Shown: piece after piece, positions 18,434 to 28,410 of the stretch | How positions within the stretch are numbered: the first letter of the stretch is position 1 | Layout of the letters: each line of letters begins with the position of its first letter | From: an uncultured Lentisphaeraceae bacterium | Lineage (GTDB): Bacteria; Verrucomicrobiota; Kiritimatiellia; RFP12; UBA1067 | DNA length: 64,000 nt | Reading direction: 5' to 3' | NCBI GenBank assembly: GCA_964440985.1 | Contig: CAYTWE010000001.1 | Coordinates: forward strand, 16,875 to 80,874 | The notes under the pieces: model-generated | The model's input: the letters and a program-made list of their open reading frames with translations, nothing else | Databases searched by the model: none | What the model was told of the DNA's origin: nothing | Program-made: the position numbers and the translations under genes

Positions 18434-19910
18434 CAGAAACCTCTTCCTTGTTTTCCTTCACCTCAGCGCCCTCGACGGCGCTCACCGCCTGCGCGGCATC
18501 CTCAACGACCTTCGCCTGTTCGCCCTTTTTCTGTGGCTGGTTGCGGAACTTCGGATTCTCCTCCGGCAGCGCAAGAAGACCGTTGAAGTACTGAATCACG
18601 TGCCCCTTTTCGACAAGCCAGCCAAGATGTCCCTTCATCTCCTGCGGAAGCTCGCCAACGCTGCAGAGCGGATGCTCTTCAACATACCGAACCACCGCGA
18701 CAAGCTCCGGTATCGCGTGCGACGTATCGAGAGGCACCGGCTTGGCCGCGCACACAAACTCCTGTCCGCGAGGTTCATTTGCCCTGAAGAACGAAAGCTT
18801 GCGGTGGTGGAACGCACCCCTGAGAGCGAAGAAAAGCGACGCGGGGAAACGGCGTTCACGCGTAATCGCGTCACGTACGGCGAACAGGTACGGCAGATCT
18901 GCGCTCTTGAGAGCCTGCTCAAGCGACATGTCCGAACTCTTCGCGACGCCCTTCAACTGCGGCATTATGTCGCGGCGAAACGCGGCTTCCGCCTGCTCAC
19001 GCTCGAACGCCGGAACTGTCGGCGTCTCCACCGCATTCTCACCGGCGGCATCCTGCGGCGCGGCTGCGGTCTCCGCCACCTTGAGACGGTAGACGGTCTT
19101 CTTGGTTGCACTCTTCCGCCAGGCTTCGACGGAATCGGCGTCACGCACGGTCTCAAGTCTGGCGCGGTACGCACTTTCGTCCATGCCAAGCTTCTGCGCC
19201 ATTGCGCTCACGGCGGCGTTGTAGCCGTGGAGGTTCGGCGGTCCGATCAGTTCACCGGTGATTCCGCACTTCATGACGCATCCGAACTGCCCGGACGGGG
19301 GATCGACCTCAATCTCCTCCGCAGTATAGTAGTCGCCAAGATGCGCCGAAAGCAGATGGGCGTCAAGCGCCTCGGAGGTGGCGCATGAGAATCCGCAGGC
19401 CTTGCATACGTGGAAACGTGTTTCGGGATCCTTCGGCGTGACCTTTACATGGCAGGCCTCCGGATGGTCGAGGAAGAACAGCGCAATCTGCTTGAGCGGA
19501 TACGCAACGTACCCCGTCTGCATCTTGCGGATGATGCCGCCAAGCTCCTTCTGTCCCGGAAGCACCCTGACCTCGGCATCCATGGGCTTGACAGGCTCGC
19601 GTCTTGCGAATCCGCGGCGTCCGCCATCCTTGCCGTCGCGGCCAAATGGCTTGCGCGGACGGTCGCTGCGGTCGAACGGCTTTCTCTGCCTGTCGTCGCG
19701 GCGCGGCGGGCGGTCGCCGGATGGATTTGCGTCATTGAACCTGCGCGGTGGACGCGATTCGCGCGATGGGCGATCATCGTCCCCGTCGCGGAATCCGCCA
19801 CGTCCGGCCTTGGCGACAACCTTGTCACCGGCAGTCCATGACGGCGCAAAGTCAAACGAACCGAGTGAACTCAGATCGACAGCCTGACCATCCATGTTCT
19901 CTTCCGCCAT
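18405..19910 (-). CDS. Hypothetical protein with an N-terminal Arg/Asp/Pro-rich low-complexity region and a single C2H2-type zinc-finger motif
   Basis: 501 aa. Residues ~30-110 read RPSRESRPPRRFND..RPPRRDDRQRKPFDRSDRPRKPFGRDGKDGGRRGF. CKACGFSCATSEALDAHLLSAH has C-x2-C-x12-H-x4-H spacing. Acidic C-terminal tail. Overlaps the pheT start by 29 nt. No recognisable enzymatic motif. Confidence 0.6.
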   Translation of the reverse strand: MAEENMDGQAVDLSSLGSFDFAPSWTAGDKVVAKAGRGGFRDGDDDRPSRESRPPRRFNDANPSGDRPPRRDDRQRKPFDRSDRPRKPFGRDGKDGGRRGFARREPVKPMDAEVRVLPGQKELGGIIRKMQTGYVAYPLKQIALFFLDHPEACHVKVTPKDPETRFHVCKACGFSCATSEALDAHLLSAHLGDYYTAEEIEVDPPSGQFGCVMKCGITGELIGPPNLHGYNAAVSAMAQKLGMDESAYRARLETVRDADSVEAWRKSATKKTVYRLKVAETAAAPQDAAGENAVETPTVPAFEREQAEAAFRRDIMPQLKGVAKSSDMSLEQALKSADLPYLFAVRDAITRERRFPASLFFALRGAFHHRKLSFFRANEPRGQEFVCAAKPVPLDTSHAIPELVAVVRYVEEHPLCSVGELPQEMKGHLGWLVEKGHVIQYFNGLLALPEENPKFRNQPQKKGEQAKVVEDAAQAVSAVEGAEVKENKEEVSDEAADKLAQ

Positions 19911-19934
19911 ACCAATGCCCTCCGGTGCGTCTGC

Positions 19935-20705
19935 TTACTTCTTGTCTGCGGCGGGCTTGGCCTCCGCAGGTTTTGAATCGGCCGGCTTCGCCTTTGTGTC
20001 AGCCGCCGGCTTCTCCTGCTCAATCTTCACGGCAGCCGAGTTGGCGGCATCGAAAAGCGATACTGTCTTGCGGTTCGGATCGAAGCGACGGATTGTCTCG
20101 ATGAGGTTCTTTGCGCGGACATCGTCGGACGCCTCAAGCATCTTTATCGCGCCGTCCTTGTCTCCCTTGAGCGCCATGCAGCGGGCGACGCCAAGCTTCG
20201 CGGTGGCGTTCACGGGCAGGTTGGTGTCTGCGGCGAGAAGCGAGAACTCCTTCTCGGCCTCATCGAACTTTCCGCCCCCCTCCAGCGCGTATGCCCGGCC
20301 GAGCATGGCAAGGGACGCAAACGGATCGTCCTTCGCAGCAGCCGCAACGTAGCCGGAATAAGTCTTCTCAGCCTCATCCCAGCGCTCCGCATCGAGATAA
20401 CTCTTGCCAAGACGAAGCTTCAGCGCCGGACCCGTAGCCGAACCGCCGAACTTTGCCGCCGCCTCCTCAAGTTCATCGGTGGTGAACGCATTCATCAGCG
20501 CATTGTTGGCGGCGGCAGCCCTATCCGCCCGCCAGTTCTTGAACAGAAACCAGCCGGCGACGCATATAGCGGCTACGAGCAGCAACGTCACGGTCGAACG
20601 TCCCTCGCGCACCCACCAATCCCAGACCGGCAGGAGTTCCGGGGATTTTTTGACCCAGTTCGGCAAATTCTCTGTGACTGGCTTGGTCTTCTTTTCTTTG
20701 CTCAT
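19935..20705 (-). CDS. YfgM-like membrane-anchored TPR-like protein (UPF0070 family)
   Basis: Single N-terminal TM (TVTLLLVAAICVAGWFLF), then a TPR-like helical domain. Start set at ATG 20705, which forms an ATGA overlap with the pcnB stop. Lys/Ala/Pro-rich tail. Confidence 0.55.
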   Translation of the reverse strand: MSKEKKTKPVTENLPNWVKKSPELLPVWDWWVREGRSTVTLLLVAAICVAGWFLFKNWRADRAAAANNALMNAFTTDELEEAAAKFGGSATGPALKLRLGKSYLDAERWDEAEKTYSGYVAAAAKDDPFASLAMLGRAYALEGGGKFDEAEKEFSLLAADTNLPVNATAKLGVARCMALKGDKDGAIKMLEASDDVRAKNLIETIRRFDPNRKTVSLFDAANSAAVKIEQEKPAADTKAKPADSKPAEAKPAADKK

Positions 20706-21919
20706 TTTTCCTTGCTCATTTCTTCGTTGTATAGGTTCTGCCATTGGTCGAGAACCTGTTCATTGTTGCCTTCGGCGCGTACGACGATCCGGTTGAAGTC
20801 GAGTGCGTCCGGAAATTCACGATTGCGCAGAAACCTCCTCCTGTTCCTGTCCGGCGGCTTCGACAGCCGCTTTACGGAATCAAGCATCAGCACTGCGGTG
20901 AAATACGTTGCCTTCGGTATCTTCAGCGACTTGAGCATCGTGCCGACTATCTCGCGGCCGCTGCCCGGCGCGTCGTGCGCCCAAGCGGCATAGAGGGCGG
21001 CCGCCCGCAGTCCGTTGGAGACTTCGTAGCCGTTCTTCGCCATCGCAATCTCGTAGCGGTCAAGCATCGCCAGGTATTTCCATGTGCGTGACTTGCGGCC
21101 ACCGTCCTTGGCTATGAACTCAGAAAGCTCCGGAAGAAGGTCGCCAAGAAGCCCATACTCCCACATCATGCGGAACGCCGCCTCGGACTTTCCGTACGGA
21201 AAGAGCCGGAACACCTCTTCGCACACACGGGGGACGGCGGCAGAGAGTATCATGCTGTGCAGCTTCCCTATCGCCCGCTCGGTGCCTTTCTCGATCTTGA
21301 AGTCAAGCCTCGACGCAAACTTTATCGCACGCATCATGCGCACCGGATCCTCGCGAAAGCGGATCATCGGGTCGCCTATCGATCTGATGAGCCGCTTGTC
21401 AAGATCCTTCAGCCCTCCGACCCAGTCGATGACAGAGAAGTCCCTTATGTTGTAGAACAGCCCGTTCACCGTGAAGTCGCGACGGTACGCATCCGTCTCC
21501 GGAGTGCCGAACGTGTTGTCCTCGAACGGCCCCTCCGCTGCGTGTTCCATTATCTCGCCGACGGTCTGCGAACTCTGCCGGAACGTCGCCGTCTCGATGA
21601 CTTTCTTTCCGAACCGTACGTGTGCGAGACGGAAACGCCGCCCAATCAGGAAGCAGTTGCGGAACGCACGCTTGACCTCAGCCGGCTTGGCGCTTGTGCC
21701 GACGTCAAAATCCTTCGGGGTACGGCCGAGAAGAAGGTCGCGCACGCCGCCGCCGACAAGGTACGCGGTGTATCCGAGCCTGTCAAGACGGTAAAGCACC
21801 CTCAGAGCATCAGGGTCTATGTTTTTCCTGGAAATGCAATGATCAGGACGCTCCCTTATCACAGGCTCATCCCGCTTGGCTTTCCTTTTGCCTAAAAACC
21901 CGAACATTTGAAGGCGCAT
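20702..21919 (-). CDS. pcnB: Poly(A) polymerase I / tRNA nucleotidyltransferase family protein
   Basis: PVIRERPDHCISRKNIDPDALRVLYRLDRLGYTAYLVGGGVRDLLLGRTPKDFDVGTSAKP closely parallels the E. coli PcnB head domain (GGxVRD...DxD). Start ambiguous (ATG 21919 or 21907); neither has an SD. Confidence 0.8.
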   Translation of the reverse strand: MRLQMFGFLGKRKAKRDEPVIRERPDHCISRKNIDPDALRVLYRLDRLGYTAYLVGGGVRDLLLGRTPKDFDVGTSAKPAEVKRAFRNCFLIGRRFRLAHVRFGKKVIETATFRQSSQTVGEIMEHAAEGPFEDNTFGTPETDAYRRDFTVNGLFYNIRDFSVIDWVGGLKDLDKRLIRSIGDPMIRFREDPVRMMRAIKFASRLDFKIEKGTERAIGKLHSMILSAAVPRVCEEVFRLFPYGKSEAAFRMMWEYGLLGDLLPELSEFIAKDGGRKSRTWKYLAMLDRYEIAMAKNGYEVSNGLRAAALYAAWAHDAPGSGREIVGTMLKSLKIPKATYFTAVLMLDSVKRLSKPPDRNRRRFLRNREFPDALDFNRIVVRAEGNNEQVLDQWQNLYNEEMSKEK

Positions 21920-21953
21920 TATCTCAAATAACACATGAAAAAGCAAGCGCACG

Positions 21954-24041
21954 TCAAGTCGCGGGAACGCCCGCCGCAACATCGCCCGCAGGCGCAAGCA
22001 CTCCGCCATCCTTACCGGGTTCGCCAGCGTACAGGATCATCCCCTCGGAGACGCCTACGCTCATCTTGCGCGGCGCAAGGTTGGCGACGAACAGCACGTC
22101 GCGACCGACCAGCTCTTCAGGCTTCGGATATGAACCGCGTATGCCGCTGAAGATGGTACGACGACCGAGCGAACCGGCATCCAGCTCGAACTTGAGAAGC
22201 TTCGAGCTTTTCGGCACCGTCTCGCAGGAAAGCACCTTGCCGACGCGAAGATCCACCTTCTCGAAATCCCCGAACGCAATCTCAGGCTTCAGAGGCGGCA
22301 CAGGCGCAGCCGACACTGCCGCCTTCGCCTTGTTCTTCGATGCACGCGATTCATGGGAGACTTCACCGCTTGATGCGGGCTTCACCTTGGCCGCCTCCAC
22401 CATCGCCTCGACCTGCTCCGGCATGACGCGTGTGGCAAGATACTCGTACTTGCCGATGGATGCGTTCTCCAAGGTCTTCTGGGCGTCGTCCCAACACCAC
22501 GCGGACTCGCCGAACAGCCTTGCGGCCTTTTCCGCGTAGTCCGGAAGTATCGGCTTGAGGTAGACCGCAAGAATCCGGAACACGTTGAGCGTGGCGGTGA
22601 GCGTGATGCGCGTCGTCTCCGCGTCAGTCTTGCATGTGAGCCACGGCTGGCGACGGTCGAAATACTCGTTCGCGGCATCGGCAACCTTGGCAATCTCCAC
22701 CGGAACCTGCGAGAAGCGCCGCGCCTCGTAATGGGCGGCGATCGTCTCTGCCCTGGACTGCGCCAAGGCCACAAGAGCCTTCCCCTCCTCGTCAAGCGTA
22801 CCGAGCCGTCCGCCAAGAGCCGGCACCTTGTTGAGCATCTGCGCACCACGCGATGCGAGATTCGTTATCTTGCCGACGAGATCGGAGTTCACCCTGAAGG
22901 TGAAGTCCACAAGGTTGAGATCCTGGTCGTCTATCGTACCGGGCGCCTTGCAGGCGTAGTAGTATCGCAACGCCTCTGCGGGAAGGTGGTCGAGATACGT
23001 GCGGGCGTTGATGAACGTCCCCTTCGACTTCGACATCTTCTCGCCGTTGACGGTGAGAAAGCCGTGCACAAAAACCTTGGTCGGTGTCTGGAAGCCGCCG
23101 ACATGGAGCATTCCCGGCCAGAAGAGACAGTGGAAGCGGATGATGTCCTTCCCGATGAAATGGTATATCTCAGGAGCATCGACCGCCGATGGCGCGTCGC
23201 CAGACGGCCACCATTCCTCAAGCCGTTCGCCGTGGCTCTTGCACCAGTTCGCGAGCGAAGCGATGTATCCGATGGGCGCATCGACCCACACGTAGAAGAA
23301 CTTGCCGGGATGTCCCGGAATCTCAAATCCGAAGTAGGGGGCATCGCGACTTATGCACCACCCGCGCAGAGGCTCGCTGAACCATTCAAGGAGCTTGTTG
23401 GACACATCGCTCGTCGTGTGTTCCGGAAGCCATTTGCGCAGATACTCCTTGAACGGCTCAAGCTCGAAGTAAAGGTGTTCTGAATCCTTCACGGTCGGGA
23501 CGCTGCCGCAGACGGTGCAGTGCGGATTCCCCAGCTCCTCGGCGGCGTATGTGCTGCCGCACTTGTCGCAGCTGTCGCCATACTGCCCTTCCGCTCCGCA
23601 TTTCGGACATGTCCCCTTGACGAAGCGGTCCGGCAGGAACATCCCGCATTTCGGACACCACAGCTGCGGCGAAGTCCTGGTCGTTATCGCCCCGCTCTTC
23701 TCCATGGCGGCAAAAAAGCGTTCGGAGAGTTCCTTGTTCTCGGCGGTGTTCGTGGTGTAGTAGTTGTCGAACGCAACGCCGAAGTCCGTGAAGTCCTTGA
23801 GATGCTGCTCATGGCTCCGCGCAATCAGCGTCTCCGGCGTGATGCCCTCGTTCCGGGCACGGATCATCACCGGAGTGCCGTGCGTATCGTCTGCGCACAC
23901 GTAGACGCAGCGGTTGCCGCGCATCTTCTGGAATCGCACCCAGAAATCGGTCTGAAGATACTCGACCAGATGACCGAGATGGATATCCCCGTTCGCATAG
24001 GGGAGTGCGCTGGTGACAACAATCTTCCGTTTTTCCGCCAT
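21954..24041 (-). CDS. metG: Methionine--tRNA ligase with a C-terminal tRNA-binding (EMAP/Trbp111-like) domain
   Basis: MAEKRKIVVTSALPYANGDIHLGHLVEY (HIGH motif), KMSKS and zinc knuckles (CPKCG..CDKCG); 695 aa. Confidence 0.95.
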   Translation of the reverse strand: MAEKRKIVVTSALPYANGDIHLGHLVEYLQTDFWVRFQKMRGNRCVYVCADDTHGTPVMIRARNEGITPETLIARSHEQHLKDFTDFGVAFDNYYTTNTAENKELSERFFAAMEKSGAITTRTSPQLWCPKCGMFLPDRFVKGTCPKCGAEGQYGDSCDKCGSTYAAEELGNPHCTVCGSVPTVKDSEHLYFELEPFKEYLRKWLPEHTTSDVSNKLLEWFSEPLRGWCISRDAPYFGFEIPGHPGKFFYVWVDAPIGYIASLANWCKSHGERLEEWWPSGDAPSAVDAPEIYHFIGKDIIRFHCLFWPGMLHVGGFQTPTKVFVHGFLTVNGEKMSKSKGTFINARTYLDHLPAEALRYYYACKAPGTIDDQDLNLVDFTFRVNSDLVGKITNLASRGAQMLNKVPALGGRLGTLDEEGKALVALAQSRAETIAAHYEARRFSQVPVEIAKVADAANEYFDRRQPWLTCKTDAETTRITLTATLNVFRILAVYLKPILPDYAEKAARLFGESAWCWDDAQKTLENASIGKYEYLATRVMPEQVEAMVEAAKVKPASSGEVSHESRASKNKAKAAVSAAPVPPLKPEIAFGDFEKVDLRVGKVLSCETVPKSSKLLKFELDAGSLGRRTIFSGIRGSYPKPEELVGRDVLFVANLAPRKMSVGVSEGMILYAGEPGKDGGVLAPAGDVAAGVPAT

Positions 24042-24082
24042 TGCCGTGCCCTCTCTTCCTTGTGTCGTACTGTGCCGCCGAA

Positions 24083-26116
24083 CTACTTCGTCAGCAGACG
24101 AAGCGCCCCCGTCGGACAGGCGTCAACGCACATATGGCAGTCTTTACATCCGGAAATCGCCTCCGGAGTGTTGAACTCCGGCTTGATCACCGTCTTGAAG
24201 CCGCGTCCCACAAGACCAAGCAGACCCTTCTTCGCCTTCTCTTCGCATACGCGGACGCAGAGGTTGCAGGTGATGCACTTGCGCTGGTTGCGTTCGATGC
24301 ACACGAGGGTGTTCTCCACGAATCCTGGGTGGAACGCCCCGCGCAGACGCTTCGTGTCGGTGCGGAGCAGATTTGCGTAGCGGATGAGCCTGCAGTCCGC
24401 ATAGTCATGGCATCCACATTCAAGACACCGCTTCGCCTCGGCCATGGCGACTTCCGGCGACAGCCCAAGGTTGACCTCCTTGAAGTCGTGTCTGCGCTCT
24501 TCCGCAGGACGCTGCGGCATCACCGCCCTCGCAATGCGCTCGCGGTCGGCAAAGTCCTTCTCGGTAAGGTCGCGTTCAGAGATGACAGGCTTGACCGGAC
24601 GGTACTCGCCACCGGCAAGATATGCGTCAACGGCAAGCGCGGCCTCGTTCGCCTGCGCAATCGCGCCGATCGCTATGCCTGCGCCCTTGTTCACGGTATC
24701 TCCGCAGGCAAACACGCCTGGCAACGTCGTCGCGAAGTTGCCTTCATCTGCGGCGATCGTTCCCTTGGGGGTCTGCGGAAGCGCCTCAAAGCCGGCAGGG
24801 TCGTTGCGCTGCCCGATGGCGGCGATGACGCTGTCGAGGGCAATCTCCTCGAACTTCCCCTCCACCGGCACAGGCTTGCGCCGTCCACGTTCATCCGGCT
24901 CACCAAGCTCCATCACCTGAAGGCGCATTCCGGACACCTTGCCGTCGCACCCGAGGATCTCGTCAGGAGCGCAGAGGAACTTGAACTTCACTCCCTCCTC
25001 CTCGGCCTCGGTGATCTCCACATCCTCTGCCGGCATCTCTTTGCGGGTGCGGCGATAGACGACAAACACCTCTTTTGCGCCAACGCGCACCGCCGTGCGG
25101 CAAGCATCCATAGCCGTGTTTCCGCCGCCGACAATGGCGACGCGCTCGCCTATGTCGGGAGCCTGTCCGGTCACGACTGCGCGGAGGAAGTCGATTCCGC
25201 CCCACACGCCTTTCAGGTCTTCGCCCTTCACGCGCATTCCGGTGGACTTCCATGCGCCGTTCGCGACGATCACGGCGTCATAGCGCGCCCTGAACTCGTC
25301 AAACCCCGCATCACGTCCGATCTTGAAGTTGTTGACAAACTTTACGCCGAGCGACGCTATGGCATCGGTCTCGGCCTTGAGGATCGCCTTCGGCAGACGG
25401 TATTCCGGAATGCCGTAGCGGAGCATTCCGCCCATCTCGGGCATCTGGTCGCAGACCGTGACATCGTGTCCGCGCTGCACAAGCTTAAACGCCGCAGTGA
25501 GGCCGGCAGGTCCGCCGCCGATGATTCCGACTTTCTTGCCGGTTGGAGCCGACACCTTGATGGGATGCTCACCGCCGTTCTCGCGCACCTGATCGGCCGC
25601 AAAGTATTTCAGCTGGGCGATGGAGATCGGCGCCTCGACAAGACGGCGGCGGCAGGCCTTCTCGCACGGATGCGGACATACCCGGCCGATCGCCGCCGGC
25701 AGAGGAAACGTCTCCTTGATCGTCGCCACCGCATCGGCGAAACGCCCTTCGGCTATCTCCTTCACATACTTCTGGCAGTCTGTGTGGGCAGGGCAATTCA
25801 GCTTGCACGGTCCCTGGCAGTCGCCGTCATGGTCGCCCATGAGCAGTTCCAGCGCAAGGCTGCGGGCCTTGAGTGCGCGTTCGCCGTTCGTGCGCACGAC
25901 CATGCCCTCGGAGACCTTCGTCGCGCAGGCGCGGAGCAGTTTCGGACACTTCTCGACCTCAACCACGCACACACCGCACGCGCCGTAGGGATTCATCTCC
26001 TTCATGAAGCAGAGATTCGGAATTTCGATTCCTGCCTTCTCCGCCGCCGCCAGGATCGTGGTTCCTTCCTCCACCGACACCTGGACGCCATCAATAGTCA
26101 AATTCACGGTTCCCAT
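24083..26116 (-). CDS. Multi-domain iron-sulfur flavoprotein: N-terminal [2Fe-2S] ferredoxin + His-ligated [4Fe-4S] (NuoG/HydA N-terminal type), fused to a GltD-like FAD/NAD(P)H oxidoreductase and a C-terminal 2x[4Fe-4S] ferredoxin (StnC/NfnB-like)
   Basis: MGTVNLTIDGVQV..CFMKEMNPYGACGVC (2Fe-2S); CQGPCKLNCP..CPHPCEKAC (Fe-S); two Rossmann motifs GIIGGGPAGLTAA and VAIVGGGNTAMD (GltD / pyridine-nucleotide-disulfide fold); C-terminal CIERNQRKCITCNLCVRVC..CKDCHMCVDACP. No [FeFe]-hydrogenase H-cluster motifs. Confidence 0.7.
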   Translation of the reverse strand: MGTVNLTIDGVQVSVEEGTTILAAAEKAGIEIPNLCFMKEMNPYGACGVCVVEVEKCPKLLRACATKVSEGMVVRTNGERALKARSLALELLMGDHDGDCQGPCKLNCPAHTDCQKYVKEIAEGRFADAVATIKETFPLPAAIGRVCPHPCEKACRRRLVEAPISIAQLKYFAADQVRENGGEHPIKVSAPTGKKVGIIGGGPAGLTAAFKLVQRGHDVTVCDQMPEMGGMLRYGIPEYRLPKAILKAETDAIASLGVKFVNNFKIGRDAGFDEFRARYDAVIVANGAWKSTGMRVKGEDLKGVWGGIDFLRAVVTGQAPDIGERVAIVGGGNTAMDACRTAVRVGAKEVFVVYRRTRKEMPAEDVEITEAEEEGVKFKFLCAPDEILGCDGKVSGMRLQVMELGEPDERGRRKPVPVEGKFEEIALDSVIAAIGQRNDPAGFEALPQTPKGTIAADEGNFATTLPGVFACGDTVNKGAGIAIGAIAQANEAALAVDAYLAGGEYRPVKPVISERDLTEKDFADRERIARAVMPQRPAEERRHDFKEVNLGLSPEVAMAEAKRCLECGCHDYADCRLIRYANLLRTDTKRLRGAFHPGFVENTLVCIERNQRKCITCNLCVRVCEEKAKKGLLGLVGRGFKTVIKPEFNTPEAISGCKDCHMCVDACPTGALRLLTK

Positions 26117-26131
26117 GACCTTCCGTCCCCC

Positions 26132-27889
26132 TTAGCCAACCACAACAGCACCAAACCGGCACGTCGCCGCGCAGGCGCCGCACTTGATGCATTTCGCCGC
26201 ATCGATCACATGCGGATTCTTGAGCGAACCGGAAATCGCGTTCGCAGGACACTTCCGCGCACACATCGTGCAGCCCTTGCACTTCGTCGCATCAATCGAA
26301 TACGTGCGAAGCGCAGCGCATTCGTGCGCGGGGCAACGGCGCTCGCGGATGTGGGCGTCATACTCGTCACGGAAGTAGCGGATAGTAGTGAGGACAGGGT
26401 TCGGGGCAGTCTGCCCAAGACCGCAAAGGGCGCCGTCCTTGATTCCGCGGCACAACTCTTCGAGCAGTTCCACGTCACCCTCGCGCCCCTGACCCTCTGT
26501 GATGCGCACGAGCGTCTCGTGAAGCCGCTTTGTGCCTATCCGGCAATGGACGCACTTGCCGCAGCTCTCCTTGGCCGTGAAGTCCAGGAAGAACCGCGCC
26601 ATGTTCACCATGCACGTACGGTCGTCCATCACCACCATGCCGCCGGACCCCATGATTGCGCCAGTTGCGCCGAGAGCCTTGTAGTCGATCTGCGTGTCGA
26701 GCAGGGACTCAGGGATGCATCCGCCCGAAGGACCACCCATCTGGACAGCCTTGAACCTGCGTCCGTCGCGCACTCCGCCGCCGATTCCGAAGATCACGTC
26801 GCGGAGAGTAAGCCCCATCGGCACCTCCACAAGACCGCCTCGGCGTATCTTGCCGGTGAGCGCAAACACCTTCGTTCCCTTTGAGAACTCCGTCCCCATC
26901 GCCGAGAACGCCGCACCGCCGTTCTGGATGATCCACGCGACGTTGGCGAACGTCTCCACGTTGTTGATGTTGGAGGGCTTCTCAGTAAATCCCTTCTCCG
27001 CGGGGAACGGCGGCTTGAGGCGGGGCATTCCACGGCTTCCCTCAAGAGACTCGATGAGAGCCGTCTCCTCGCCGCAAACGAACGCGCCGGCGCCGGCCTT
27101 GATGCGAAGTTCGCACGAGAAGTCCGAACCAAGTATGTTCTTTCCGAGCAGATTCGCCGCCGTTGCATCGCGAATTGCTTTCTCGAGACGCACAATCGCA
27201 AGCGGATACTCGGCACGCACATACACGAACGCCCTTGACGCACCGATCGCATAGGCGGCAATCAGCATTCCCTCGATGAGCGAATGGGGATCGCCCTCGA
27301 TGACGGCGCGATCCATGAACGCACCGGGGTCGCCCTCGTCGGCGTTGCAGATGAGGTACTTCTCGCTCCCGGCCGACTTCCTCGCAGCGTTCCACTTGAA
27401 CCACGTCGGGAATCCCGCACCGCCGCGTCCGGCAAGACCGGAGACCTTGATCTCCTCGATCACCTGCTCCGGCGACATCGGTTCGCCGCCGCTCTTTCCG
27501 AGAATCTTCGCGATGGCGCGATACCCATCCGCCGCACGGTACGATTCGAGCGACTCCGGATCGATCACGCCGCAGTGGCGAAGCGCTATGCGCGTCTGCT
27601 TTTCGAGGAACTGCCTGTCGTCATCCGAAATCTCAAGATCCTTGACACCGGAAAGATCGCCGCTCAAGGCAGCGGCGGCAATGCGCTCCGCATCCTTCTC
27701 CTGCACCCTCACAAGGCGGGCAGCCAGCGCGTCACCGTTGTAGAGATCCACAATCGGCTCAAGATAGCACATTCCGATGCATCCAGTGACGCCGATATCC
27801 TGCACCGTTCCGAGAGCTTCAAGAGCATTGCGCACCTTGCGCGCTCCGGCGGCGATTCCGCAGCTGCCTTCTCCTACCACAATTCTCAT
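26132..27889 (-). CDS. NuoF-like NAD(P)H-binding FMN/Fe-S subunit (HydB/HndC/NfnB-partner type) with an N-terminal thioredoxin-like [2Fe-2S] domain and C-terminal 2x[4Fe-4S]
   Basis: GLAGRGGAGFPTWFKW (NuoF FMN/NADH motif); ESCGKCVHCRIG (N3-type cluster); C-terminal CKGCTMCARKCP..CIKCGACAATC. Start set at MRIVVGEGSCG (ATG 27889), an ATGA overlap with the upstream gene. Confidence 0.85.
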   Translation of the reverse strand: MRIVVGEGSCGIAAGARKVRNALEALGTVQDIGVTGCIGMCYLEPIVDLYNGDALAARLVRVQEKDAERIAAAALSGDLSGVKDLEISDDDRQFLEKQTRIALRHCGVIDPESLESYRAADGYRAIAKILGKSGGEPMSPEQVIEEIKVSGLAGRGGAGFPTWFKWNAARKSAGSEKYLICNADEGDPGAFMDRAVIEGDPHSLIEGMLIAAYAIGASRAFVYVRAEYPLAIVRLEKAIRDATAANLLGKNILGSDFSCELRIKAGAGAFVCGEETALIESLEGSRGMPRLKPPFPAEKGFTEKPSNINNVETFANVAWIIQNGGAAFSAMGTEFSKGTKVFALTGKIRRGGLVEVPMGLTLRDVIFGIGGGVRDGRRFKAVQMGGPSGGCIPESLLDTQIDYKALGATGAIMGSGGMVVMDDRTCMVNMARFFLDFTAKESCGKCVHCRIGTKRLHETLVRITEGQGREGDVELLEELCRGIKDGALCGLGQTAPNPVLTTIRYFRDEYDAHIRERRCPAHECAALRTYSIDATKCKGCTMCARKCPANAISGSLKNPHVIDAAKCIKCGACAATCRFGAVVVG

Positions 27890-28374
27890 GATGCGGACTC
27901 CTCCTTGATCTTCCTGACGATCGCCCGCGCCTTTTCGGGCGTGAGGGAGCCGTACGCTGTTTCGTTGATCATCATGACCGGCGAAAGCGAGCAACAGCCG
28001 AGGCAAGCCACTTCCTTGAGCGAGAACAGTCCGTCCGCCGTCGTTTCGCCATCGCCTATGCCAAGCTCGTCCTGAAGCGCCTTGGCGATGGAATCCGCGC
28101 CGTTTACGTGACACGCCGTACCCTTGCACAGCATTATCAGGTTTTTGCCGACAGGCTGAAGCCTGAACTGGGTATAGAACGTCGCCACGCCCATCACCTT
28201 CGCAGGGCTTACCCCCACATGCTCCGCCACGGCGTAGATCACGTCCGTAGGCAGATAGCCATATATCTCCTGCGCCTTCTGCAGAATGGAGATCAGGGCA
28301 TGACCATCGCCCTCGAACTCCTTGAACACTGCATCAAGCCGCGTCAGATCGCTTTTTGCACACGTCTCACACAT
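27886..28374 (-). CDS. NuoE-like thioredoxin-fold [2Fe-2S] subunit (HydC/HndA type)
   Basis: CKGTACHVNGADSI...CLGCCSLSPVMMI gives the four Cys of 24-kDa-subunit-type ferredoxins; 162 aa. Confidence 0.85.
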   Translation of the reverse strand: MCETCAKSDLTRLDAVFKEFEGDGHALISILQKAQEIYGYLPTDVIYAVAEHVGVSPAKVMGVATFYTQFRLQPVGKNLIMLCKGTACHVNGADSIAKALQDELGIGDGETTADGLFSLKEVACLGCCSLSPVMMINETAYGSLTPEKARAIVRKIKEESAS

Positions 28375-28410
28375 CGACCGTCTCTTTTCTTTTTTTGAAA
28401 TAAAGTTGAA

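Noticed and set aside
24041-26884. 947-aa plus-strand ORF
   Set aside because: Antisense to the two Fe-S flavoprotein genes; Arg/Leu/His-rich shadow frame
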